Source of the DNA: Eledone cirrhosa | Taxonomy: Eukaryota | NCBI GenBank assembly: GCA_964016885.1 | Contig: OZ024741.1 | Span: 27,838,001 to 27,902,000 of the forward strand | DNA length: 64,000 nucleotides | Direction of reading: 5' to 3' | Shown here: positions 41,786-54,380 of the stretch, piece by piece | How the letters are laid out: each line of letters opens with the position of its first letter | Numbering within the stretch: the stretch's first letter is position 1 | The notes under the pieces: model-generated | The model's database searches: none | What the model saw: only the letters and a program-made list of their open reading frames with translations | Told to the model about the DNA's origin: nothing | Translations under genes and position numbers: made by a program

Positions 41786-43633
41786 TATATATTATTTTAT
41801 AGCAAAGCAAACTGCTTAATCAGACAGCTAAGTCTAAGCTTTCTGTCACCATATGCAATGAACCCTTAATATTTGATGGAATCTTGAGTCCTGTCATGAT
41901 ATACAGCCTGCCTTAGACATTTAAACCAGATTGAGCCCATCCCCTCTCCAGGTATTAACCCAGCCAACTTCTTCCAGAGAAATATAGCAAGAATGAGAGA
42001 GAAGTGAAAAAGAGATATTAGATGAAAAATCAATCACAGTATTGCCTGAAGCAACCAACAGCCATGTCATGGTGTTAAACTAGGAAATAAATTACATCTA
42101 CAACCCAAGTAGACCAGAGCAGGATTTAAATTCCAAATCCAAACAGTCGGAACAAATACTGCAAGGCATCTTGTCCATAATCTAACAATTCCGCCAATCC
42201 ACTTCAAAAGAATGAAAGGTAAAGATGGTCTCAGCAAGATTTTAACTGAGATCACTGAAACTGGAATAAATACTGCAATGCATTTTATTCAATGTTCTAA
42301 TGAGTCAGCCACTTCACCACCCGACTCAATCTCCATAAAATAACAGTGTATTCCTTTTCATTTGATTTAGAAAATGTTTAACAAACCAATCATTTATATG
42401 CTACATGTGTTGCACACAAAACAACAATTAGAGTCAATGTGACATTATTTGTATAAATATACATATTATTACTGTTCCTGATGTTACCATTGTGCTCAAT
42501 TTTATTTTATGCTATTTCTTTTTATTACTATTCCTGTTCTGCTTCCAGTTTACTTTACATATTTGGTGAGTTGGAGTCCTTTCTTAGACTTGTTTGTCAA
42601 ATGAGCTTTACCTTTTGAATGCTTGCTCATATAACCTTGACCTTTGGTTGGCTCATATGGCCTTGACCTATTGTAAGCAAGTGTGGGCCAACCTCATGCA
42701 TGCATTTATGTCTCCTATGGTTTGTTGCTAGTTTAGGATTAAGGACAGCTAGGTGATATCTTATTGTCATGATTTGCTGGTAACATCTGTAATGAATAAC
42801 AAATCGGTCTGAACAAAATGATTTATATTTTTAACTTTGCGGTATTCATTCTGGCTCTCTATGAATCCCACTAAGATCAATAAAAGGAGTTGAACGTGAA
42901 GGTTGATTCTTCCTGTATATCTCTTCCTCACTTTCTATCACTCTCTCCTTCTCTGGAAGAAATTGACTGTGTTCTGACCTGAAGAGGAGATGGATTCTGC
43001 CAGGTTTAATATGCGCAAGAAACACCATTTGTCACTCCGGTGCCCCTGTGAATCCAAAAGGAGTTATAGGTCCATCCACCCATCCTCATTATTAAGCTGG
43101 TGTTTGGAACATTACAAACTTTCTTCTATATATAAATTTGAGCAATTTCTGTCCATCCGTCACACAGTGTGTGTGTGTGTGTGTGAATGTATGTGTGTAT
43201 AAAAGGAAGGAAGGGGATGGTGAAAAAACTATAGCAAAACAGCAACTGGCGTTCCATTTGCTACATCGTGTGTGTGTGTGTGTGTTTGTGTAAATGTGCA
43301 TGTGTGTATTTGTGTGAATGTATGTATGTGAGTATTTTTGTAAGTGTGTCTGTGTTTGCATGTTTATATTTATATACTCATACATATAAATGTATGCATA
43401 CGCACATGCACACACATATACACATACACATCAGAGTGTTGAAAAACAATTCTAGTATATAAAATTATGGAAGATTTTAGATAAATATAAACAGTTTAGT
43501 ATCGTAGAATCAGGAGCAATTTGGTACAAATGGGTTCACAGTGAGGTCTAATTTGAGAAAGATTTGGCAGTTGTTCCTAAAAAGTGAAATAAACTACATA
43601 GAAGCTCCTTCATTAGCTGTTAGTAGTTAATAA

Positions 43634-43889
43634 TTAACCATTCCATTACGATATTACTAATGAAATACACTGACTTGACTACAATTTTTAAATAATTTTG
43701 AAAATAATCAAGAATTTAGAGAGATTTAGTAAAATAATTAAGTTTCTTATTATTAAACTGGTGTTTAGAACATACACGTTCTTATATAAAATTATGAAAA
43801 GTTTTTAAGTAAATATAAACACTTTAAAATAAACAGCTTAGTGCCAGAACCAGGAGCAGTTTCAGAGAGTTTGGTATCAAAAATGTTAA
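43634..43889 (+). mobile_element. piggyBac-type MITE
   Basis: TTAA|CCATTCCATTAC ... GGTATCAAAAATG|TTAA with the family body. Confidence 0.75.
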
Positions 43890-45599
43890 ATGGTGTGAAA
43901 GTTTCTCATCTATTAACCACTGCCTTTCTATGCCTTGGATGATGGGATGGTCAAGGTTAACACTTTTTATGATAGGCTTGCTCAATCAGATAGCAATGGT
44001 GCTAAACAATACCAATAGTCACCAAATCTCTCTCAAACCACACACTCTACCAATTTAAAGAAAGGACACATTGAATAATGTAATCCATTGGATAATCTAA
44101 TCACTGACTGAATAAAGTTGAAAATGTCATGGCTAAAACATTCTTGCTTATAAGTCTGCTTTATCAAGGCTAACCTCAGGCTAAACAGTAGTAGCATCAA
44201 ACTTGTCTTTTTTTACTATAGTTACTATATATGTTGTTTTGTACAGTTCGCAGTCATAATCTTTCTTCTCTAGTCACTTTTACTGTTTTCAGTCATTAGA
44301 CTGTGGTCATGCTGGAGCACAGGACTGCGGTATAATATCTGTTACCTCAGCATGTCTCCTGAAACTGAATCTGTAGCTGGAAAGTTCCTCTCCAAGATAC
44401 AGGCCCAGGCAAGATCATCCCCATCATTTCATATCCATAGAAAAAGTGGTTGCCCTTTCCTGCAGTACTTACAATGGTCAACTCAGACCAAGCAAATCTA
44501 TGATCAAAGGCATCCATGGCCATCTCACCTTTTTTAGGGATATGGAAGACTACATTATTTAATGTGTCCATCATTGTTTAGCGTCTGTTTTCCCTGCTAG
44601 CAAGGGGTGGACATGTTACCGAATGGTCACTACTCAAGCAGAGCCACTGACCTCAAATTACATCACACCATCTTTAAAAAAAAATAGAACACATTGGATA
44701 ATATTGTCTGAAATACAGCGTCTGAAAATATGTGATGTCATAGCTGCAAAACTGATTATTAATATGCTTGATCAGAGCTGACTCCAAACAATTTAGGAGG
44801 AGGGTCTGTGACCTCAGTCATTATTTCAGGGTGTAGGAACTCAACTAGGCTTAGTAGGCTTCTGCTGACAACACATGGTATTGACATCTGCCTTCAGTTA
44901 CATTCTTTTATTGTTCTGAAATTTGCTACTTGTAATGAAAAGGTTAATCCTTGTTTGTTTGAGAGTGTTTATATTTATCTAAAAACCTGTTATAATTTTA
45001 CGTAAGAAACTGAATCATGTTCCAAACAATATCTTAATGAGAAAGTCATCATTTTTTTTATTACTTTTTAAATTATTTTAAAATTATTGGCAGTATCTTT
45101 CATTTGAAATATAGTAACCCGAGTTAAACCACAACCTACAACCCCATCCCCCCAGAAAAAAGAAAAACAGACACATATAATATAGTTGAGGGTATGCTAT
45201 GTCTGTAAAAATATGAAATGATTATGGCTGGAATGCTTTTAATCATGTCACCTCAATCTGTGTTGACCTGGAATGAAACAACAAAATGAATATTTGCTAC
45301 TTAAAATGAAACCAATAAGTCCTCATGTGACAAACCTAGTTACATGACACCGCATAATATCCTTTCTTATTTTATAATTAGAATATCTTATCTCTTCAAA
45401 TATTTTTCAATACTTCTATTATAAGTGTTATGGATTAGTAGAACCAGTATGTTGTATTTAGGGTGTCGCTTTACATAGTGAATTGGTAGGTCATTAGAAC
45501 ATCAGAATACTTTGTAGTATATGTTCTGGCTGTGTGTGATTTTAATTCAAGTACCACTTGAGGTCAACTTTGCCTTTCATCCTTTCAAAGTCGATCAAG

Positions 45600-47330
45600 T
45601 TTCACTACTAATCTTACTATCCACTATTCCTGTACACTTTCCACATGCAAAATCTATTTTTTCTATTAGACTGCCTACAATATCACTGCACCTCTAGTGT
45701 ACCCCTATCTTACATTATATACATCATATAGAGTTATTACCTACTCCTTTTCTACATATTGAACATGACCACTTCTATAGTGGAATCAGGGTCGTGTCTT
45801 CTTTCCTACTTACTAAAACTTTGGTATTTGCAAAGTTCACTCTGAGCTCATTTGATTCTAACTTCTGTTTCCTAAACCGGAATTTCTTCTCCAGCTCTTC
45901 CACAGATTCAGCTATAATAGGACTGAGCCGTGATGAACAGCCACCAGTACATTAACAGGAGGGGTGCTGAGGGCTGAGTCTTGTTGAACAGTCACCTCCA
46001 CATTAACAGAAGGGGTGTTGAGGACTGAGTCTTGATGAATGACCACCTGCACATTGAATTCCTCACTAAACTCATTACCTACTCTCACTGTACTGACAGC
46101 ACCTCTGTACACGGCTTGCACTGCTTTTACAAGTCACTTTACACCCAATTTCCTTAAGAACCAACAGATAACAGATTGTAGAACTGTCAAAGGTCTTTTC
46201 TAGATCTACAAAAGCTAGTTATTGTAGATTACACTTAGCTAAAAACTTCTCTTGTAGTTGTCTCTCTAAACACTAAAAAGAGGGTATCAGTGGTGCTCCT
46301 TCTTGGCTCAAAACTAAATTTAATCTCATCTAATTTGACTCTTTCCTTAATTGTGTTATCACTCTTTCCATCATTTTTATCAGTTTTATGCCTCTGTAGT
46401 TGCTACACCTGTCATTGGGTATGATGCCATCATATATTATTAGTTGACTATGTGAGTAACTAGTTCGACTCTTACTTCTTCAGATGATTTCAGTGTCTCA
46501 ATGACTATCTCTGGCAGTCAAGCATCTTTACCAGTTTTAATCTCTCTGATAGCCTCTTTGAATCTATAACTATTTCAATAGTCGGCCCCATTGTTGAGTC
46601 CCTCTTCCTTCCACTCATTTTTCCCTTTATCAACCTCATAGTAGCATTTCCCATTACCTTCTGAGCGTCAGTGAAGCTAAGTGTGCCAGCGTCATTTCGG
46701 ACACACCTCTCCACAATGACATCCTGATTCCCACTGATACATAGCTTCACAATGTGGAACACATATCAGCCTCTTGTTTTCTACTTCTCTACATGCTAGG
46801 TAAACCTATCAGCTAGCTTCTCTTTTAGTTACTTGGTATTGCTCTTTGTTGCCCCCCATTTTTCTATGTTTTCAGGCTTTAATGGTTCTACAGTACTGTT
46901 TCACCATCAAGTCGCCTTTCATCTGGCTGGTACTTCGCCAGCCCACAGACCTTGTCAGTAACCTGAAGCAGGTTGTCCAATAGAAACTTCCAGTTATCCT
47001 TTATGTCATACATATTTATCTCTTCCTCCCTCTTGCTATACACGTCTCATAGAACTTTTACAAACCTATATTTGTCATTTAGCTTCCATACCCTCCTTCT
47101 CCAGATTGTTCAGTGTTTTTCTTATTGTTTAATTTTTATTTTGATGTCACTAATAGCTAATTTGTGTGGGTGGTACATTCCTCTTGAGCAAAAAAACTTG
47201 GTATTCATAACCATCTGTCTATCCATCAAGTGGCTGGCCAGGTTGCCTGAAGTCAGATCAGTTGTATCACTGAATTCTAAGAGCCTTGATTCCTCTTCAT
47301 TTCTCAGACCATATCAATAGCCACCATGTC
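45600..47330 (-). pseudogene. Degenerate RTE-clade LINE (end of APE, linker and part of RT)
   Basis: Reads QAVYRGAVSTVRVGNEFSEEFNVQV.IHQ.SVL, FVDLEK.FD, NYRGIK and DVIVERCVRNDAG. Homologous to 32560-32995. Confidence 0.78.
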
Positions 47331-47334
47331 TAGA

Positions 47335-48200
47335 ATAAGGTACAATGGGTACACTAACTGGACAAAGGATAAACTAGAACAAGCAGTCCTGTTTATAGTA
47401 AATAATTCTTAAGTTGCATTTGTAGGTAGTCTTTTCAGGCAAGTCAGAGGTATACTAATGGGCAGGAAATGTAGTTTGATCCTAGAGGATATATTTTTAT
47501 CTTCCTGCGAGTTTGATTATTTGGTAGGGTTAATCCTTTAGTTGCCAACCCGACCAAAACCGACTCTGGTTCTATGAAATAAAACCACCCATTTTAAAAG
47601 TTTCCAATTTGAATTAAAATTTTCCAACATAATTTCATATAAGAACCTTACATTAAGTTACTATCTTAGTAATGGTATAATTAATCATTTTAGTAAATCC
47701 CTCGAAATTAATTAAAACAGTATATTTTATTAGAAATGCAGTCATGAAAGGGTTAAGGAAGCTTAAAACCCCATTTCTAATTAAATACACTGATTAAGCA
47801 ATTGGGTGGGTGTTGTTATAGCTACATAGATGATGTATTTGTTCTTAATTACAGACATTCCAAAGCTTTGCTACACAATCTATCTGGAGAATTTAGAAAT
47901 AAAGGGGAATGGTTTCAATGTTAACAGTGTCAATTATTCAGATGTCACTATTGAGAGAAATGATGAGCTGATTGGGACAAAAATTTATGAGATTAAGGAT
48001 TTTAGTTTTAAGGTGGCAGAGATATCCTTTGCATCCAGCTGTATACCCTTCTTGATGGATACAACATGCTTCCCAGTCAAATTATATATGATAAGATAAG
48101 TAGCTGATAAGTTTTTTGCGGAAGAAGTTAGAAAACTTTTAACACACATGGTAGGACAAGGATACAACAGAAAATGTCTAATACATTTTCCTTATAGCCT
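47335..48200 (+). pseudogene. Penelope-like element reverse transcriptase remnant, Naiad/Chlamys-like motifs
   Basis: Manual translation VLFIVNNS*VAFVGSLFRQVRGILMGRKCSLILEDIFL..E, then SYIDDVFVLN, then IYLENLEI..VNYSDVTI..TKIYE.KDFSFKV..SSCIP. Interrupted by a MITE. Confidence 0.75.
47530..47756 (-). mobile_element. piggyBac-type MITE inside the Penelope RT
   Basis: TTAA|TCCTTTAGTTGCC ... CATGAAAGGG|TTAA. Confidence 0.85.
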
Positions 48201-48205
48201 TAGTA

Positions 48206-48443
48206 TTAACCCTTTCATGACAATATTTCTAATGAAATACACTGTTTTAATTAATTAATGAAGAATTTTGAGGGATTTACTAACATTATTACTAATTTTA
48301 TTACTAAGATAGTAACTGAATGTTAGGTACTTATATAAAATTATGTTGGAAAATTTTAATTTAAATTGGAAACCTTTAAAATAGGTGGTTTTATTTCAAA
48401 GAACCAGAGTCAGTTTTGGCCAAGTTGGTAACTAAAGGGTTAA
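48206..48443 (+). mobile_element. piggyBac-type MITE (best-preserved copy)
   Basis: TTAA|CCCTTTCATGAC ... GGTAACTAAAGGG|TTAA. Confidence 0.88.
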
Positions 48444-49714
48444 TGGGGAAATTCTAAGAAAGTTAGGAGTAATTTCCAGTTAGCAGCTGGAAAGTGTGTA
48501 GCTAGGAATAAGGTGGGACTAATTTTTATTTCATTTTATTATTTATTCCCCCATTGAGGTAGTAAAATCTAAGTTAGTAGCAGACATATCATGATTAGAG
48601 GGTTGTATGAATTTTCTTATGGGTAGTTTTAGCTGATATTCTTTCAACTTTTGGCCTATTTAATTTTAATGTCTTTAATGGCATTCTGGTTCATGGCTGC
48701 ATTTGGGTTGAAGGCAGAAGTGTATATGTAGGTGGTGCCTAAACAAGTGACCAAAACAGTTGACATTCTGGCCTTTGAAGTTTGTGATAAGGCTATGAGT
48801 GGAAAGATTGGGGTGCAAGTTTGACTGAATGATCTGTCCTTCCTTTTTATTTGTTTATTCTTCATGTTACACGCTTGCTTGACTGCAGACCAGTTTTGAT
48901 AAGATAGGACATACCAATGATATTACTGTAAGTTTAAATTTTGTAAAATAATTTTGCAAGTTTCTATTTTCTTATTTTGATCTTGTCTATTTACATTTGT
49001 GTGTATATGTGTGTATATATATGTGGTTTATAATATGTGTATATATATGTGGTTTATGATATGGTTTGAAATATGTGCTTTATTTCATATTGCTTTTGCA
49101 TATCGTATTTATATAATATTCATCCACTAACTATTTTGTTTATTTAAATAAGCTTTTTTTTTCTTGTGTTGTATGGGCTATGTTTTTGTTGTCGTTTTTT
49201 TCTAATACAAACTTCCTGGTGTATGGCATCACATTGTTAGACTAAATGTTTTAGGGCTTATTTTATCCCAGTAGTTAGTTTAGGGGAGTTATAGTTAAGA
49301 TATGTAAGGAGAAGGTAAAGCACAGCTTATAACAATGTGGTTACAGTCGCTGCAGATAATAGTTTTATTATACAGAAATTAGATATGACAGCTGCAGCTT
49401 CATAATGTCTGTTTTCCCCATTTGGTGGCTGGTACAGTCCAGGGCTGGTTTACAAATTCATGTATATTGTTGGGGGTTGGTTTAGCAGAAGTTGAGTGCA
49501 GTTTTATGGTGTTTCTCAGTCTTTTGTGTACAGGTTAAAGCAATCAAGTCTTATTTACATACATATATATGATGTGTGTAAAGGAAAGGGATGTTTTTCT
49601 TTGTTGAATATATATGTATATGTGTGTGTGCACATGTGCAAGCACATATAGGCTTTTGTGTATGGATGTACCCATTAGTATTATATTAATAATTAGTATT
49701 ATATTAATAAATAC

Positions 49715-49950
49715 AGTGAAGACCCCAGCCCACACTGTAAAGTGGTTGTGTAGGTGTCACGACAAAAAGCACCCAGTACTCACTGTAAATGAGGTTGGCG
49801 TTAGAAAGGGCATCCAGCTGTAAAAACCAAGCCAAATCAATTCTGTATGAGCAAGACATGGTCACCTGACCAAGCAGTGCCCACAACAAGACAACTCATC
49901 AAACCCATGCTAGCATTGAAAAATGGACATAAAAATGATGATGATGATGA
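49715..49950 (+). mobile_element. RTE/SINE 3' tail fragment
   Basis: CACTGTAAA..GGTTGGCGTTAGAAAGGGCATCCAGCTG..CCCATGCTAGC..(GAT)n. An inverted related copy lies at 50165-50345. Confidence 0.75.
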
Positions 49951-51729
49951 AATCTACCTAATGGAGTTTTCTATTGAAAATTTCTATTGAGGTTCACATC
50001 ACAGTAGGTAATGCATTAAAAAAAAAAGGCATGCATGTCATGAAACTTATCCTCCCCACTTTTATTTCTCTTTTATAACTTTGCAAGGGTTTTTCTTTTT
50101 TAAGAATATGATGAGATCAGATGAAAACCTATGGAGTGGGCCTCTGCCAGATTTCACAATGACTCATCATCACTATCATCACCGTTTTATGTCCGTTCTT
50201 CCACGCTAGCATGAGTTAGACGGGTTGTCCTGTTGTGGGCAGTGTTCGGTCGGCTGACCTTGTCTTGCTCATAGGGGAACTGATTCTGGCTTGATTTCTA
50301 CAGCTGGATGCCCTTCCTAACACCAACCTCATTTACAGTGAGTGCTGTTTTATTTAATTGATCAATGGAACAGCCTGCTTGGAATTAACAGGTAAGTGGC
50401 TGAGTATTCCAGATACATCCTTAACATAATTCTTAGGGAGATTCAGCATGAGACAGTGTGTAGCAAAGCTGGCTCTTTCAATTACAGTCCATCAGATAAG
50501 CTTTCAATCCAGTTTCACTCACAAGTCATGTATAAACCCGGGGCTAAATGACACTTGCCCAAGATCAAGCCTGGGACTTAATGGCCACAAAGCATATTCC
50601 TTAACCATTTAGCCATGCTGCATCTTATAGCTACATACATACATATTATCTATAAAAGGCAGATTTTTGTGTCTGTATGTATGTTTCAATTTTATACATT
50701 TACACAATTCCAAAAATATTGAATGAATAATTAAGCAGAAGGTTTACAAATATTCTAACTTGGGTCATGGGCGAACTTATTGGGTAAAAAATGCCCCAAT
50801 TACGGAAAAATCGATTTATTTCAACAATCGATGATTTCTCCTCTCTCATATGATATACGTTTCCTATATCTACTCCCTTCATCACCTCCCCTTAAAATTG
50901 CTACCTTCTCTTATAAGTGTTTGTGAAAAAGAGAAACATTGAAAAAAAACATATACACACATATATGTGGGTGCATACACACACATATATATGTGTGTAT
51001 ATGTTTTTTTTCAATGTTTCTGTGGTGCATACACACACATATATGTTGGTATGGTTACGATTGACGTCATAGAAACAGGAACGCGGGAATTTCAATCAAT
51101 CAACGCATACACAGTTTGTTTTAGAAATAACAATAGCATATTATGATAAAGAGGGATATTATGATAAAGAGGGATATAATGATAAAGAGGGAGAGAGAAA
51201 CAAACAGACACACTAAAAGACGGATATATGTGTGATATATGTGTGTGTATTAGCGCGTTCAAACTCCATTTCGAAGTTGACTTTCATTTACTAAACTGTA
51301 AGTTTTTCAATCGGCCTTACACTTTCAAACTATATTTTTCTGTATAAGTAACTTTAAACCTTTATTTTCGACATAAAAATACACACATACATACAAAGAC
51401 CTGTAAAGTTTTTTTTGGGGCCTTTCTTATCAATCTTTTTACATTCAATTATCAAGCCTTATACTTTCAAAGTCAATTTTTATGTTGAAGTAACTTTCAA
51501 CCTTTAATACATACATACATACATATACATACATACATATACCCACATACATACAAATACCTGTCACTTAATTCACACACACATCGGCCTTACACTTTCA
51601 TACACACATACATACATATACACACATACATACAAATACCTGTCACTTAATTTACACACACATCAGCCTTACACTTTCAAACTAAATTTTTCTGTAGAAG
51701 TAACTTTCACCCTTTCTTTTGGACATAAA

Positions 51730-52450
51730 ATGCCACCTAAAAAGAGAAGTCGACATACCGCGTCAGCAGTGGCGCAAAAGGCTACTATAGCAAACGAGTC
51801 CTCTGAGGAAAATGCTTCAAGACTTTCACAGACAGCCTTATGTTCAGCAGAATGTCGAGCCGCTGAAAGTTTCCAACAGCGCACCGCACGCCTAGCCAAA
51901 ATGGCTTCATACCAGGCTTCTTCCAGGGCTTCAGAGAGCCGTGAACAAAAGTCGAAGCGCCTGGCTAGAAACGATGCGACTAATGCTGCTTCCAGGTCTT
52001 TGGAACGTTTAAAACAACGGACGGCTCGCCTTCCTACGAACGCTGTGGCTATGACTACTTCCATGGCTTCTGAAGATGCAGACGGGCGGTCCATTAGCAT
52101 TGCAAATGTTGCTTCTGCTATTGCTGCGAGACCTTCCCACCAACAACACGACCAATGTTCTACGTTCAAGCGTAACAGTCGACGGTGAGAAGCTGCACGC
52201 GGTGTGACTAGCCCCAACAGCCCTTACTGGCACCTACGGGCTTTCAAGTATGAGCAAAACGTTAATTACTCGATGCGCTCTGATATAAATATAGGCGAGA
52301 TGCGCTTCAATTGCCAATTCTGCAATGCTACAAAGTGGGCTGGGGAGCCACCTGCAATGTGCTGCTTAAACGGTAAGGTCACCTTGCCCCCTCTTACGGA
52401 ACTGCCAGAGCCTTTGAAGGAACTACTGACTGGTTATACCTCAAGGTCAA
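51730..52450 (+). pseudogene. Helitron RepHel N-terminal fragment (basic repeats and zinc finger)
   Basis: MPPKKRSR.. followed by AFKY..IGEM...CQFCNATKWAGEPPAMCCLNGKVTLPPL...PEPLKELL. Confidence 0.85.
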
Positions 52451-52482
52451 AAAAAAAAACCCCTGATCCCCCCAATATAAAA

Positions 52483-53550
52483 CGATCCTGGGGGTACCGG
52501 AAAAACTTTTGTAACGAATTTGATTCTCGCTAAGATTCGTCAGGAGAAAAAAGTTGCATTGTCCGTTGCATCGTCCGGGATTGCTGCTACTTTGCTGCCG
52601 GGAGGCAGGACAGCTCATTCAACCTTTAAACTCCCTTTGGATTTAGTAAAAACTGAGACACCAACATGCAATATCAGCAAGAGTTCACACAAAGCTCTGG
52701 TTCTCAAAAGATGTTGCCTCATTGTTTGGGATGAGTGCACAATGGCACACAAGGGTGCCCTTGAAGCATTGGACAAGGCCCGGAAAGACATTAGGGATTC
52801 TACGGCTCCTATGGGTGGCGTAACCCTTCTTCTATCAGGGGATTTTTGGAAAACGCTGCCTGTCATCCCCAAATGGACAAGAGCTGATGAAGTGCGTGCC
52901 TGTCTTAAGTCGTCCATGTTGTGGCTCCAGGTGAATAGTTTGTACCTGAGCACAAATATGCGTGCTCATTTGCATGGTGACAACATGTCTGCAGCACAGA
53001 ACATTTTAGCACTTGGTGAGGGCAAGATCCCTGCGGATGACAAGGGCGGCATAGCAATCGACACCCTGTGCAACATTGTGATCAGCCCTTCTGACCTTTG
53101 GGAAGCAGTTTTTCCTAATGTCTCATCTAACTTTAAAAACCTCGATTGGCTCAGCGAAAGAGCCCTCCTTGCTCCGAAAAATACCATGGTTAATTTTATT
53201 AACGAGCAGCTGATTGAGAAGATTCCCGGTAAAGAGCACATCTTCAAATCAGACCCCGACGATATCGTTAATTATCCGGTTGAGTTATTAAATCTCCTTG
53301 AGCCCCCAGGGCTCACACTTCACATTATTAAGCTTAGGGTTGGCTGTCCCATTATGCTAATAAGGAACTTCCGTCCACCAAAGCAGTGCAATGGTACTCG
53401 CATGGTCGTCAAGTCACTGACACCCACTTGATTGAGGCCACCATTGTAACGGGGTGCGGAAGAGGGGAGAATGTTTTCATTCCAAGGATAAACCTTTTCC
53501 TCTCGGCGTCAGATATCCCGTTCGATTTCCGGCGATCACAATTCCCGGTC
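52483..53550 (+). pseudogene. Helitron PIF1-like (SF1B) helicase fragment
   Basis: Walker A PGGTGKT, then ASSGIAATLLPGGRTAHSTFKLP, IVWDECTM, GDFWKTLPV, a degenerate LxxNxxPPKxCNGTR motif and RRSQFPV. Truncated and frameshifted. Confidence 0.93.
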
Positions 53551-53758
53551 TACTAAATTCGCTATTGGAAGATTATTAACCCATCATTGATTGACCAAAA
53601 TGCTAATTGGTTCGTAACTTTTAATAACCGGTTCAACTGCTTTATGCACTTAATTGATAAGCTTATTCGCTTTCAAACCACGTTTACCTGTATGTAACTT
53701 TTCATAGCAAATGAACAAACCCGAGCAACGCCGGGCTAAACTGCTAGTATATATATAT

Positions 53759-53813
<55 letters not shown>

Positions 53814-53850
53814 TGCATACAGACACACACACACACACACAAATGAGTAT

Positions 53851-54186
53851 ATCATCATCATCATTTTACGTCCGCTTTTCCCTGCTTGCAAGGGTGGGAC
53901 GGGAACTGATTCTGGCTTGATTTCTACAGCTGGATGCCCTTCCTAACACCAACCTCATTTACAATGAGTGCTGGGTGCTTTTTTGCCGTGGCACCTCCAC
54001 GACCACTTTGCAGTAGAATGATAGGGACCCCAGTCTCTATCATCTCATTTCTACAGCTGAATGAACTGGAGCAATGTGCAATAAAGTGTCTTGCTCAAGG
54101 AAACAACACATCACCCGGTCTGAGAATTGAACTCACAACCTTTTGATTGCAAGGCCAATGCTCTAACCACTAAGCCATGTGCCTCC
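53851..54186 (-). mobile_element. Young tRNA-derived SINE with an RTE-type tail
   Basis: Near-identical reverse complement of 32080-32410. Confidence 0.88.
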
Positions 54187-54244
54187 ATTATATATATATC
54201 ACATAAGAAACGGAGAATCAGTGGTGCGATGAATAAGATTTATT

Positions 54245-54339
54245 AGACATATTACAATCGTTTCTCTGGCGACCAGCTCGAGGCACGATCGATGCAATGA
54301 TCAAACCTGACTGAAATCGCAAGATCCTCAGATATGTCT
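54245..54339 (-). ncRNA. Type I hammerhead ribozyme (Penelope-type, minimal stem III, extended stem II)
   Basis: Minus strand AGACATAT-CTGAGGA-TCTTGCGA..TCGCCAGA-GAAA-CGATTG-TA-ATATGTCT. Stem I has 8 bp, the core is CUGANGA/GAAA and the cleavage triplet is GUA. Confidence 0.85.
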
Positions 54340-54380
54340 CGATTCTACGAAGCAGAGTTTCCAATTATATATATATATAA

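Larger units (their letters stand above)
50649..53747 (+). mobile_element. Internally deleted Helitron (3.1 kb) with both termini
   Basis: A|TCTATAAAAG 5' end. The 3' end has the hairpin CCCGAGCAACGCCGGG then CTAG|T. RepHel fragments lie inside. Confidence 0.85.

Noticed and set aside
42970-43075. Possible hammerhead (CTGAAGA..GGATTC/GAATCC..AAAA..TA GGTC)
   Set aside because: The GAAA box is absent, and stems I and III cannot be paired in register.
52520-53431. Host PIF1 helicase gene
   Set aside because: It is intronless, truncated and frameshifted, and lies between Helitron termini next to a RepHel N-terminal fragment.
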